Virus record (IMG/VR): IMGVR_UViG_3300037440_000150
Span: 1 to 55,559 of that record
Direction: 5' to 3' (one strand)
Source of the DNA: a virus
Lineage: Duplodnaviria; Caudoviricetes
Length of the DNA stretch: 55,559 bases
Shown here: piece by piece, positions 25,999-34,731 of the stretch
How the letters are laid out: each line of letters begins with the position of its first letter
How positions within the stretch are numbered: position 1 is the first letter of the stretch
Position numbers and translations under genes: made by a program
The notes under the pieces: generated by a model
Told to the model about the DNA's origin: nothing
What the model saw: only the letters and a program-made list of their open reading frames with translations
The model's database searches: none

Positions 25999-27972
25999 AT
26001 GCAAAGCGACAACGGACTTTCCCTCATCGAGTCCGATCGCGTCTCTTCCCTGTCTGGGGAACGGATGCGGTGCGGCAATGATGAGGCGCCCGCATCCACC
26101 CCGGACAGCTTGGCCGATGATGAGCGTGGTCAGTTCGGCGAAATCGCCGCACTCCAGGACCATCTCGCGCTCTACGGGGTAGAGAACAAGTGGATCGTCG
26201 ATGTCGGCGCGTACAACGGCAAGCTGTTCTCCAACTCGCTTGCGTTCAGGCGGCGGGGATGGCACACGGTCCTGATCGAGTGCGAGCCGGAACTCGTCAA
26301 GGCGATTCTGGCCGATCTCGGGCCCGGCGATCGTCACGTCAATGTGATCGAGGCCGAAGTCGAGCCTGATCGAACGAGCTTCAACTGCCTGGACAATCTT
26401 CTGTCGCATCTCGGACGCACGGCGGATGAGCGCGGTGATGCGGTGCCGGACGTGCCGGAAGACTTCGACATCCTGTCGATCGACATAGATGGCTACGACT
26501 ACCACGTGTGGGAGTCGCTGGAGCGGTTCCGGCCCAGGTTCGTCATCATCGAAACCCGCGATATTCGTGCTCCGGGCGCCCGCGACAGGTTCGTGCCGGA
26601 GTACGGCGAGCCGATCGCCGCGCTCCCGTCCGGCGCTCTTGAGCATCCCTACCTGGCCGTGACCACGAAGCCCTCGATGGCCGACCTGGCGCGCGAGAAG
26701 GGATACCTCGTTCTGTTCGCATCGCAGTGCAACACGGTGTTCATTCGCAAGGACGTGGCGGAGTCGAGGCCGGTCAGGTTGAATCTGGGGTCGGGCTTCA
26801 CGTCGATCGGCGGCTTCCTGGCCGTCGATTCGTGGAACGGCGAACCCGTCTATCCGCTCGATTGGCCTGATGGCTCGGTCGATGAGATCCGCGCGAGCCA
26901 CGTGCTTGAGCACTTCGGGCATCGCCAGACGCTGCTGGTTCTGGAGGAATGGTGCCGTGTCCTCAAGCCAAACGGGATCATGCGTATAGCGGTCCCGTCG
27001 ATCGAACAGATCATGGCCGAGATGGACCGGGGCACGCCGTTCAACATGATCGAGATGTTCATCACCGGCGGTCAGGTGGACGACGACGACCATCACGGCA
27101 CCGTGTTCACTCGACAGAAGCTGGCAGCGCAAATGCACCTGTCGGGCTTGTGGAAGCTGGAGGACTGGCAATCCGAGATCGTCGATTGCGCCTCGCTGCC
27201 GGTCAGCCTGAATCTCAAGGGCACCAAGCGGACCTTCGAGGTGAAGCAGAACCCGCGCTTGACGTGCGTGCTGAGCCAGCCCCGCATCGCGTTCATCGAC
27301 CAGGTGCATTGCGTGTACCGCGGCCTGCGATGCCTGAGCAACCGCGAGATGTACGGCAAGGGACCGGCTCCGGTCGTTGACGACGTGATCGACTGCGGCG
27401 GCGCCTTCTGGGAGAAATACATCTCTGGCGGCATCAAGGCGGCGATCGAGCGCGGCGCCGACCTGATTCTGTTCTGCGACTACGACGGCGTGTTCCAGCC
27501 CGAGGACGTGGAGCGGCTGTATTCGTACATGCAGGACAACCCGGACGTTTCGGCCGCGTTCGCCGTCCAGGTGAGCCGCCACCACGACAACCCGCTCGTC
27601 TTTCAGGACCACATCGTCTACACGGACGACGAGACCCGCGTGCAGCTCGGTCACTTCGGACTCACGATGATCCGGACCCAGATATTCGAGGACTTCCCAA
27701 GGCCGTGGCTGTGGTCGGTTCCGAATCCGGACACCGGCGAGTGGGACACGAAGGGTCATTGCGACGCCGACATTCTGTTCTGGCGCCAGCTCGCCGAGTA
27801 CGGCCACAAGGTCGTGCAGCTCGGCGACATCCAGGTCGGCCACATGGACCTGTGCGTGAAGTGGCTGACCCCTCGCGGCATCGCGTACCAGCCGCTGCGG
27901 CACTACAAGACTTACGGGAAGCTGCCTAATGCCAAGTTCAACCCCGAGGCTCACAAGGCGAAGCAGTCATGA
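25999..27972 (+). CDS. FkbM-like methyltransferase + class I SAM methyltransferase + GT-A glycosyltransferase fusion
   Basis: VDVGAYNG...SNS and LSIDIDGYDY; LNLGSG...SHVLEH...RVLKPNG...VP; LFCDYDGVF...HFGLTMI...DILFW...VGH. Confidence 0.8.
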   Translation: MQSDNGLSLIESDRVSSLSGERMRCGNDEAPASTPDSLADDERGQFGEIAALQDHLALYGVENKWIVDVGAYNGKLFSNSLAFRRRGWHTVLIECEPELVKAILADLGPGDRHVNVIEAEVEPDRTSFNCLDNLLSHLGRTADERGDAVPDVPEDFDILSIDIDGYDYHVWESLERFRPRFVIIETRDIRAPGARDRFVPEYGEPIAALPSGALEHPYLAVTTKPSMADLAREKGYLVLFASQCNTVFIRKDVAESRPVRLNLGSGFTSIGGFLAVDSWNGEPVYPLDWPDGSVDEIRASHVLEHFGHRQTLLVLEEWCRVLKPNGIMRIAVPSIEQIMAEMDRGTPFNMIEMFITGGQVDDDDHHGTVFTRQKLAAQMHLSGLWKLEDWQSEIVDCASLPVSLNLKGTKRTFEVKQNPRLTCVLSQPRIAFIDQVHCVYRGLRCLSNREMYGKGPAPVVDDVIDCGGAFWEKYISGGIKAAIERGADLILFCDYDGVFQPEDVERLYSYMQDNPDVSAAFAVQVSRHHDNPLVFQDHIVYTDDETRVQLGHFGLTMIRTQIFEDFPRPWLWSVPNPDTGEWDTKGHCDADILFWRQLAEYGHKVVQLGDIQVGHMDLCVKWLTPRGIAYQPLRHYKTYGKLPNAKFNPEAHKAKQS

Positions 27973-28706
27973 GCGTCGTCTGGATCGCCAGCTATCCGAG
28001 GTCGGGCAACACGTGGTTGCGATTCCTGCTCTGCGGCTACTTCTACGGACGGCCCGAGTCGCCCGAATACGTGTCGTCCAGAATCCCGGACATCCACGCG
28101 ATCGAGGAACACGATCGGGACGCCTTTCTGCGCCGCCTGGGAACCGGTCGCGTGCTGGTGAAGACGCACTTTGTTCCCAGCCGGATTCCCGCAAAGGACA
28201 TCGCCGAAGGGTACATCCACATCCAGCGCGACACAAAGGATGTGTTCAGCTCCGCGGTTCGCTACGATTTGGGAGGCGACCCAGATCCATTTGAAGTGCG
28301 CCGGTACGGAGACGAGTTCCTTTCTTCGCTTGGCTCTCTTCGCTGGCACGCGCTCGGTTACGGGTCGGCGGTCATGCACGATGGCCTATGGGCGGACAGC
28401 GGCCTGTCGGGGTGCCATATCACCTACGAGGATCTGCGCTCCGACACCTTCACCACGATGGAGAGGGTGCTGGAGTTCCTTGGTGAGCCTGTGGACGAGG
28501 ATCGTCTTGATCAGGCGATTGAATGGGCGTCGCTTGGGCGCATGCGCCGAATGGAGGATGATGGAGGCAAGTTCCACCACATGACGCTCAGGGAGCGGTT
28601 CATCGGCGACGGCGTGATCGGATCGGTGATTGGTGACAAGCGTCTCGATGCGGCGTTCGATGCCCTGGCGGGCCGCAATGGTACAGGACATCGCAGATGG
28701 CCCTGA
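27969..28706 (+). CDS. Sulfotransferase
   Basis: IASYPRSGNTWLRFLL 5'-PSB loop, VKTH, RDTKDVFSS 3'-PB, YEDL. Confidence 0.88.
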   Translation: MSVVWIASYPRSGNTWLRFLLCGYFYGRPESPEYVSSRIPDIHAIEEHDRDAFLRRLGTGRVLVKTHFVPSRIPAKDIAEGYIHIQRDTKDVFSSAVRYDLGGDPDPFEVRRYGDEFLSSLGSLRWHALGYGSAVMHDGLWADSGLSGCHITYEDLRSDTFTTMERVLEFLGEPVDEDRLDQAIEWASLGRMRRMEDDGGKFHHMTLRERFIGDGVIGSVIGDKRLDAAFDALAGRNGTGHRRWP

Positions 28707-30010
28707 CGATCTCCAGCATACGTGACGAGGTGGCGCAGAGGCTGTACGGCTACCAGGCGTACACGTCCCTGACGACCGGCCAGAAGAGCATCATCGACGA
28801 CGAGGCCGCGCTCGCGCTCGACACGGTGTCGCAGTACGCCAAGTGGTTCGACATGACCGGCACCGGCGGCGACAACGCCCCGGAGGTGTGGAAGGCGTGG
28901 TTCTCCTGGGAGACGACCTATGCGGTTGCGATCAGCGCACATCCCGATCGCGCCGAACACTATCGAAGGCTTGCAGACCGGGCCAGGACGGATGCGTTCA
29001 GCGCGTACTCCCGCAAGGAGATCGACTTCGACCCGGCGGTCGACACCGAGTCGTACACGTTCAGCACGCAGAGCATCCGGTACTACGTGATGGCCCACGT
29101 GACGAGGCTCGCTCCGCCTCTGATGCCGCCTCCGGAGAGCGTCGATGCCGCGATCGACTCGATCAGGACGATGTACTGGAACGCCGGTAACTGGGTCGTC
29201 CGCAAGCGGGATGTGACCATCCGGATCGTGCCGATCACCATATCTTCCGGCAACTGGACCGAATCAACCAAGACCGTGTCGAACGTGGACGTGTCGTCCT
29301 ACACGTTCAGGGCCGGCGACCTGTTCTACGCGACATCCGGAACGAACGTCGTGACCGGCGAGTACCGGGTGGCGAGCAGCTCCGGCGTTTCGACGTTCAC
29401 GCTCAACGAGTCGATCTCCGCCACCGCCGGGATCCTGAGCAACACCGACATCGCCGGGTTCATCGTGTCGGTAAACGTGTTCGGATTGGACTCCAACGAG
29501 GTGCTGGACTCGATCGAATCGCGCCGGCTCTACCACCTCAACACGGCGGTAGAGAACGTGCCGATCAGATGGGTGAGCCCGGACGATTACACGAAGCTCA
29601 GAATCGGACACGGGTCGACGAGGGACGAGCCGCTCTGGTTCAGGATGCGGCACGACTCGGACGCCATGATCTACCAGTTCACTCCCATCCCGGACACGAC
29701 GTACAGCCTCCGGGCCGTTGTGCTCAAGGCCACCCCGTCAAGCCCGACGAGCGTGTCCGACACCGTGCCGTTCACGGAGTTCAACGCTGAGATCAGGCCG
29801 GCGATCAGACGGGCCGTGCTGGACCGGGTCCTGACCGATCATGGTCGCCACAACGAGGAGATGCACCGGCAGGTGCGAGACGAGTTCGAGAGCCTCGCGG
29901 CGATCTACCAGAACACCGGCAAGATGGACGACGACCAGTCCCCGCGCGACGTGTATCGGGATGTGTACCACCAGCACGGCTGGGGCAACATGATCGGGGG
30001 CACGATGTAA
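28697..30010 (+). CDS. Head-tail adaptor-like virion protein
   Basis: LTISSIRDEV N-terminus, P.PDTTY motif, position after head genes. Confidence 0.5.
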   Translation: MALTISSIRDEVAQRLYGYQAYTSLTTGQKSIIDDEAALALDTVSQYAKWFDMTGTGGDNAPEVWKAWFSWETTYAVAISAHPDRAEHYRRLADRARTDAFSAYSRKEIDFDPAVDTESYTFSTQSIRYYVMAHVTRLAPPLMPPPESVDAAIDSIRTMYWNAGNWVVRKRDVTIRIVPITISSGNWTESTKTVSNVDVSSYTFRAGDLFYATSGTNVVTGEYRVASSSGVSTFTLNESISATAGILSNTDIAGFIVSVNVFGLDSNEVLDSIESRRLYHLNTAVENVPIRWVSPDDYTKLRIGHGSTRDEPLWFRMRHDSDAMIYQFTPIPDTTYSLRAVVLKATPSSPTSVSDTVPFTEFNAEIRPAIRRAVLDRVLTDHGRHNEEMHRQVRDEFESLAAIYQNTGKMDDDQSPRDVYRDVYHQHGWGNMIGGTM

Positions 30011-30444
30011 TGGCCCACCTGAGCAACGCCATCTTCACCGGGATTCATTTTCGATACTCGGCCGACACCGGGTCCGGCGGTCTGGCCGAGTCCGGGGATG
30101 GCACGGCTCGGATTCACCATCTTCTTGAGGAGGACGAGCCTCAGCCTGAGACTATGAGCGAGCCGTGGTGCAGGCTGATCGTTCGGGAGAGCGAGGAGGA
30201 CCGGATCGGAGAGGACGCTTGCGAGGCGATCGTGGAGTTCGTGATCTACACCAACACCTTCAAGACGACGGCGAACCGGAAAGCGGTGGTTGACCGGATC
30301 AGGGAGCGGTATCACGACCAGACGCTCTCGCTGACCGGATGGACGCTTGGGGGAATCCATCGGATCGGAGGCGGTCCGCTAGGCAATTTCGGGCAATGGA
30401 AGAGATGGTCGGAGCGGTTCATCGTCTATGCGACGGAGTCCTGA
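30010..30444 (+). CDS. Tail completion/terminator-like protein
   Basis: Size, position, EPWC...VEFVIYT...VDRIRERYH pattern. Confidence 0.4.
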   Translation: MAHLSNAIFTGIHFRYSADTGSGGLAESGDGTARIHHLLEEDEPQPETMSEPWCRLIVRESEEDRIGEDACEAIVEFVIYTNTFKTTANRKAVVDRIRERYHDQTLSLTGWTLGGIHRIGGGPLGNFGQWKRWSERFIVYATES

Positions 30445-30447
30445 GCG

Positions 30448-30864
30448 ATGGCAAGCCTGCTCGGCAAGGACATGCAGTTCACGTGGACCGGCGGTGCGGG
30501 CGGCGACGCGACCATTGCCGTCGCCAAGATCGTTCGCGGCCAGGTCATTCAGCGCCGTCCCGTCCATGACGACTCGCCGATCAACACCGACGACACCTCG
30601 TTCATCGCCGGCACGTCATCGACGCACGGGTGGATGGACCTGCACGTGGACAGTGCAGCGCCCGGGCTCCCTCCCACGAGCGGGTTGACCGGTACGCTGA
30701 CGATCTTCCGCAACAAGGGAGGAACCAGCACGAACAAGATCGCCGGCACGGCGTTCCTGTACGGGCTTGACAACCAGTGGGTGTCGCTTGGAGGCGCTCC
30801 GATCCAGGTGGCGAGGTATTACTTCCACTTCACCGGCGCAATCACGGCCACGGACCCGACATGA
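30448..30864 (+). CDS. Tail tube-like protein
   Basis: About 140 aa beta-rich, ends F.FTGAIT. Confidence 0.45.
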   Translation: MASLLGKDMQFTWTGGAGGDATIAVAKIVRGQVIQRRPVHDDSPINTDDTSFIAGTSSTHGWMDLHVDSAAPGLPPTSGLTGTLTIFRNKGGTSTNKIAGTAFLYGLDNQWVSLGGAPIQVARYYFHFTGAITATDPT

Positions 30865-31229
30865 TGCCAGACGAGAAGGAACAGCCACGTGAGACCTTCG
30901 GGGCGGACGACGAGGTCGCACGCGCCAGGGACGAGCAATCGGTCGAGCGGCAGGCCGAGATCATCGCGCGCGCGGTATCCGAGGGCGTCAGTGAGGCGAT
31001 CCAGCCGCTGATAGACAAGCTGGAGGTTCTGACCGGAGGGACATCCGATGGGTTCCAGTTCGACCGCATTGTCAGCGGAGAGGGTCTCAACATCGCTCAG
31101 CTCGACCAGGAGGTGGTGCAGCAGGTGGCTGGCGGCAACCTGCTCAACCAGGACTCGCTGAACATCGAGGACATCCGGGACAACGTAGCCGCGATCCTGA
31201 CGATCATGCAGTCGCAGGGGGGACCGTGA
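30861..31229 (+). CDS. Hypothetical virion protein
   Basis: Coupled ORF. Confidence 0.5.
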   Translation: MMPDEKEQPRETFGADDEVARARDEQSVERQAEIIARAVSEGVSEAIQPLIDKLEVLTGGTSDGFQFDRIVSGEGLNIAQLDQEVVQQVAGGNLLNQDSLNIEDIRDNVAAILTIMQSQGGP

Positions 31230-32021
31230 TTGGCCTATCAGACCAAGGAACTCAGGGAAGGTTTTACGCTCCGGGATGGTCTGACCCGAACGATCGTGAT
31301 ACGGCCGTTCCGAATCAGCGGTCTCCCGATCGGTCTCGGAACGGACGACGCGCAGATATTTCAGCCGCCATTCCCACAGAAGGGCGACCCGGACAAGCTG
31401 TTCCCCAATGCCATCTGCTCCAGTCGGGACATTCTGGCGATCAGGCGTATCGACGGCACCGACCCGGAGGGCAATACCGGGACGATCGTGTACGCGGCGG
31501 CCGTGTTCAGATCGGACAATGCGTTCACCGGCGGACCGGTGCCGATCTCGGCCCTGTCGGTCAATGGGGACGCGAAGGTCGACATACCGATCTTCGAGGT
31601 GGTAGTCCAGAACGGAGCCGACGTCGCGTACGTGGAACGCAAGCTTCAGGCACTTCGCCCGGAAGCGACGAGGGTGGAGACCCGGTTCGTCAGCGGCATC
31701 CCGATCGCCGACATTCAGGATGCGATCTTGAGCGCGGTCGGATGCTTGTTCGACCTGGACAACAATGGCAAGCTGGTCCAGTTCGTAGGAGGGCAGGCGT
31801 CCACGACCGGCGCGGGCATCACGGTCGTGCGCTACCAGTTCAAGACGAACGCCAGCGTCAGGGCCATTCCGATCGGAACATTCCAGGGGTCCGATGTGGC
31901 CATCCCGGAGCTTCCCCCGCTATTCGAGTACAAGGTGTCGACCGGTCCGGTCGTGACCGTGATTCCTCATCCCGACCTGTATTTCTTCTGTGAGAACACC
32001 GTTCTGCCCGATTTGATATGA
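31230..32021 (+). CDS. Putative tail/baseplate protein
   Basis: Beta-rich ORF in virion module. Confidence 0.5.
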   Translation: MAYQTKELREGFTLRDGLTRTIVIRPFRISGLPIGLGTDDAQIFQPPFPQKGDPDKLFPNAICSSRDILAIRRIDGTDPEGNTGTIVYAAAVFRSDNAFTGGPVPISALSVNGDAKVDIPIFEVVVQNGADVAYVERKLQALRPEATRVETRFVSGIPIADIQDAILSAVGCLFDLDNNGKLVQFVGGQASTTGAGITVVRYQFKTNASVRAIPIGTFQGSDVAIPELPPLFEYKVSTGPVVTVIPHPDLYFFCENTVLPDLI

Positions 32022-32368
32022 GCGACAACATCCGAACATACTGGGGCATCATCACCGACCGCTCCGTCTCACTGGACGCGGATGGGTTCAGCGACCCGGA
32101 ACAGACGCTCTATTCGTCACGCGCGATGGACACTCAGGACCACGTGGAGTTCGGGTTGGCGGTCCCGGCGAGACGGATCGCTGATGGTGTCAAGATCATC
32201 CCGGCCGAGGTCTTCGATCCTTGCGTCATCCAGATCAGGGACGACGGCTCGCGGGTCTTCTGGGCGATCACGGAGGGCATCCCGTTCAAGGAGTGCGACA
32301 ACATAGTCCAGGCGTTTTTAGGGGGTCGCATAGGTCGGGTGTCCGCCGGGGTTCTCAATGGCGTTTGA
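32018..32368 (+). CDS. Putative tail protein
   Basis: Coupled ORF. Confidence 0.5.
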   Translation: MSDNIRTYWGIITDRSVSLDADGFSDPEQTLYSSRAMDTQDHVEFGLAVPARRIADGVKIIPAEVFDPCVIQIRDDGSRVFWAITEGIPFKECDNIVQAFLGGRIGRVSAGVLNGV

Positions 32369-32735
32369 GAGTTCATTCCTGTTCGACGATGCTTTCGGCA
32401 AGTCCCTGTACGAATGGGATATCAGCGACACCGAGGAACCCAACCGGATCATCGACGTGGCAGCGTGGGAGACCATCGCCATCACGGCGGTGCAGCGCGG
32501 CTCGGTCACGTGGGACGACACCATCACGATCAAGTGGTCGGCCTTGAAGGGCGACAGCGGGCTGGTGGATCTGGACGGCACGCCGACCCTGGTGAGCACG
32601 TCCCCATCCGCCAGCGGCAACATCGTGGACGTTCCTTATATCGTTCTCCAACCGTCAGGCACGCCGGACGCCGGGACGACGGTGGACATCTTCGTGTACG
32701 TCACCAGGGGCGGCTTCGGTCCGTTCAACCCGTAG
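32358..32735 (+). CDS. Putative virion protein
   Basis: Beta-rich ORF overlapping previous stop. Confidence 0.5.
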   Translation: MAFESSFLFDDAFGKSLYEWDISDTEEPNRIIDVAAWETIAITAVQRGSVTWDDTITIKWSALKGDSGLVDLDGTPTLVSTSPSASGNIVDVPYIVLQPSGTPDAGTTVDIFVYVTRGGFGPFNP

Positions 32736-32744
32736 GAGTCAATC

Positions 32745-33569
32745 ATGGGCACGGTCATATGGGATGGATCGGCCGGAGACGGCGACTGGAGCACGGGGTC
32801 TAACTGGGATACTGGGACGGCGCCCATATCCAACGACGATGCCGTCATCAACGCATCGGCCGACGACATCACGGCTGGCATGGCGCAGGGCGCGGTGGAC
32901 CTGAACAGCCTGTACGTCGGGCCGAACTTCAAGGGCACCATCGGATCGTCCGGGGGTCCTCTCGTGGTCGCGGTGTCGGGTACGGCCGGCGCGGCACTGA
33001 CCTACGCATCGGGAGGCGGTGACAGCTTCATCACGGCCGGTACGAACGGAATCGACAAGGCCGAGATCCAGCACGTCACGGAGTCCACGTTCCATGCCAC
33101 GGGCGGGACGTACGCGATCCTGAACACGTCGAACAGGTGCGGACCGACCAGAGTTACGGGGACCTGCACCGTCACCCAGTTGAATCACACGTCCAGGTCC
33201 GGCTATGGGCTTCGGGCGGTGGCCGGCACGACCCTCACGACGGTGTACTCGTCTGGTCAGTACATGGAGTCGGCGGCCGACATCGGAACCGGGCACATCT
33301 CGGGGAATCTGAAGATGACCGGGACTGCCAAGGCCGGGACGATCATCAACGTCTGGCCGAAGGGCAACTACATCAAGCATTCGAGCGGGACGGACGTGGC
33401 CGTGCGGGTCGAGAAGGGCGGCAAGTTCTCGCCAGAGGGCTCTCCGGCCGGGAACTACACTGTGACGACCTTCACTGAGGTCGAGGGTTCTGACGTGGCC
33501 AAGGACGCTCCGGGCGTTACCGGCACGTTCACGACCCGAAACTCGGTCGGTGTGACGAGCGCCGTGTAG
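32745..33569 (+). CDS. Beta-helix-like fibre/spike protein
   Basis: WDGSAGDGDWSTGSNW...P...DDAVI passenger-like N-terminus; Gly/Thr-rich. Confidence 0.55.
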   Translation: MGTVIWDGSAGDGDWSTGSNWDTGTAPISNDDAVINASADDITAGMAQGAVDLNSLYVGPNFKGTIGSSGGPLVVAVSGTAGAALTYASGGGDSFITAGTNGIDKAEIQHVTESTFHATGGTYAILNTSNRCGPTRVTGTCTVTQLNHTSRSGYGLRAVAGTTLTTVYSSGQYMESAADIGTGHISGNLKMTGTAKAGTIINVWPKGNYIKHSSGTDVAVRVEKGGKFSPEGSPAGNYTVTTFTEVEGSDVAKDAPGVTGTFTTRNSVGVTSAV

Positions 33570-33578
33570 GAGTCTGCC

Positions 33579-34721
33579 ATGAGCACAATGTCAACAGAGG
33601 AACGCGAGCGGATCGAACGTCTGCTTCGGCGCCAGGAACTCGGCCGAAGCACCGCTCAGGCGCAGCAGCGGGTCGTGAATGCTCCGCGCGGGAGCGAGGA
33701 CCGCGCTACCGCTGCGGCGGTGTTCCAGAACCTGCGCCAGCGCCAGAAACTGGCCGAAGCCGGCATGACGGCGAGGCAGCAGTTGGCCGCACCCGAGCCG
33801 CCGCGAGACATCAACGCGAGCCGAGCCCAGCTCCGCGAGCAGGGCGCGGCCAATCTCCCGACGGAAGTCGATCTGACGAACCGTCCGGTGGGGACCGACC
33901 GGGAGATCGTGGACCGCCAGCAGTTGCTCCAGCGGCGCGAGATGGACCTCGTGGTCGATCGTCCGCTCAATCAACCTGGACCGTTCATCAGCCGCGAGGA
34001 TGCGTCGGGGAGCATTCGCTCAGACCTCGACGCGGCGAGCCAGGAGGCCGCGAGGAACAGGATGATCCGCGATCGGCTGGATGAGCGGTTCCGTCCGCTC
34101 GAAGGCCGGGAACTCGTCCAGGCCCAGTCTGAGGAGGAGATGTCGCGCCGGCGTCGGTCGGCGCGGGCGGGCGCGATGGTCGAGCTTGGCGATGAAGCTT
34201 TGGCAGGCCCGATGCCCGAGACCGAGCGTGCCGAGTTTGAGAATCGCCGCATCGCGGAGGGTCGTCGTCTGGAGGAGGCGAGGCTGTCGGCCGAGACGGC
34301 CCGTGCCGAGCAGGAGCAGAGGATTGCCGAAGGATCTGGAACCGGAGCAACCCAGGAGGAACTCGAAGGGCAGCAGCGACAGCTTCAGTCGCTCCAGACG
34401 CGGCGCACCATCGAGGAAATGAGCGCGGCGCCAACCGTTACCGACACTGTCTCACGCCTTCAGGACGCCAGCACGGGAGACGCCGATTCGGTCATGCGGG
34501 CAATTGGAAGTGTCCACAAGGCGCTCGACGGGAATACGACGGAATCGGAAATCCGGGCGATGGAGTCCGCTCTCCTGACCGCCCAGCGCAACATCGACGA
34601 AGAAACTCTACTTGGAGATGTGATGTCTCTGAATCCAGGTGCATCCAGCGACCGCCAGGAACTCAAGAACCGCATCCAGGCAGCGCTGGACCGGATTCGA
34701 GCACTTCGTTCGAGAACGTAG
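33579..34721 (+). CDS. Internal/ejection protein candidate
   Basis: Arg/Glu/Gln-rich helical protein preceding giant ORF. Confidence 0.5.
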   Translation: MSTMSTEERERIERLLRRQELGRSTAQAQQRVVNAPRGSEDRATAAAVFQNLRQRQKLAEAGMTARQQLAAPEPPRDINASRAQLREQGAANLPTEVDLTNRPVGTDREIVDRQQLLQRREMDLVVDRPLNQPGPFISREDASGSIRSDLDAASQEAARNRMIRDRLDERFRPLEGRELVQAQSEEEMSRRRRSARAGAMVELGDEALAGPMPETERAEFENRRIAEGRRLEEARLSAETARAEQEQRIAEGSGTGATQEELEGQQRQLQSLQTRRTIEEMSAAPTVTDTVSRLQDASTGDADSVMRAIGSVHKALDGNTTESEIRAMESALLTAQRNIDEETLLGDVMSLNPGASSDRQELKNRIQAALDRIRALRSRT

Positions 34722-34731
34722 CAGTCTGTGA

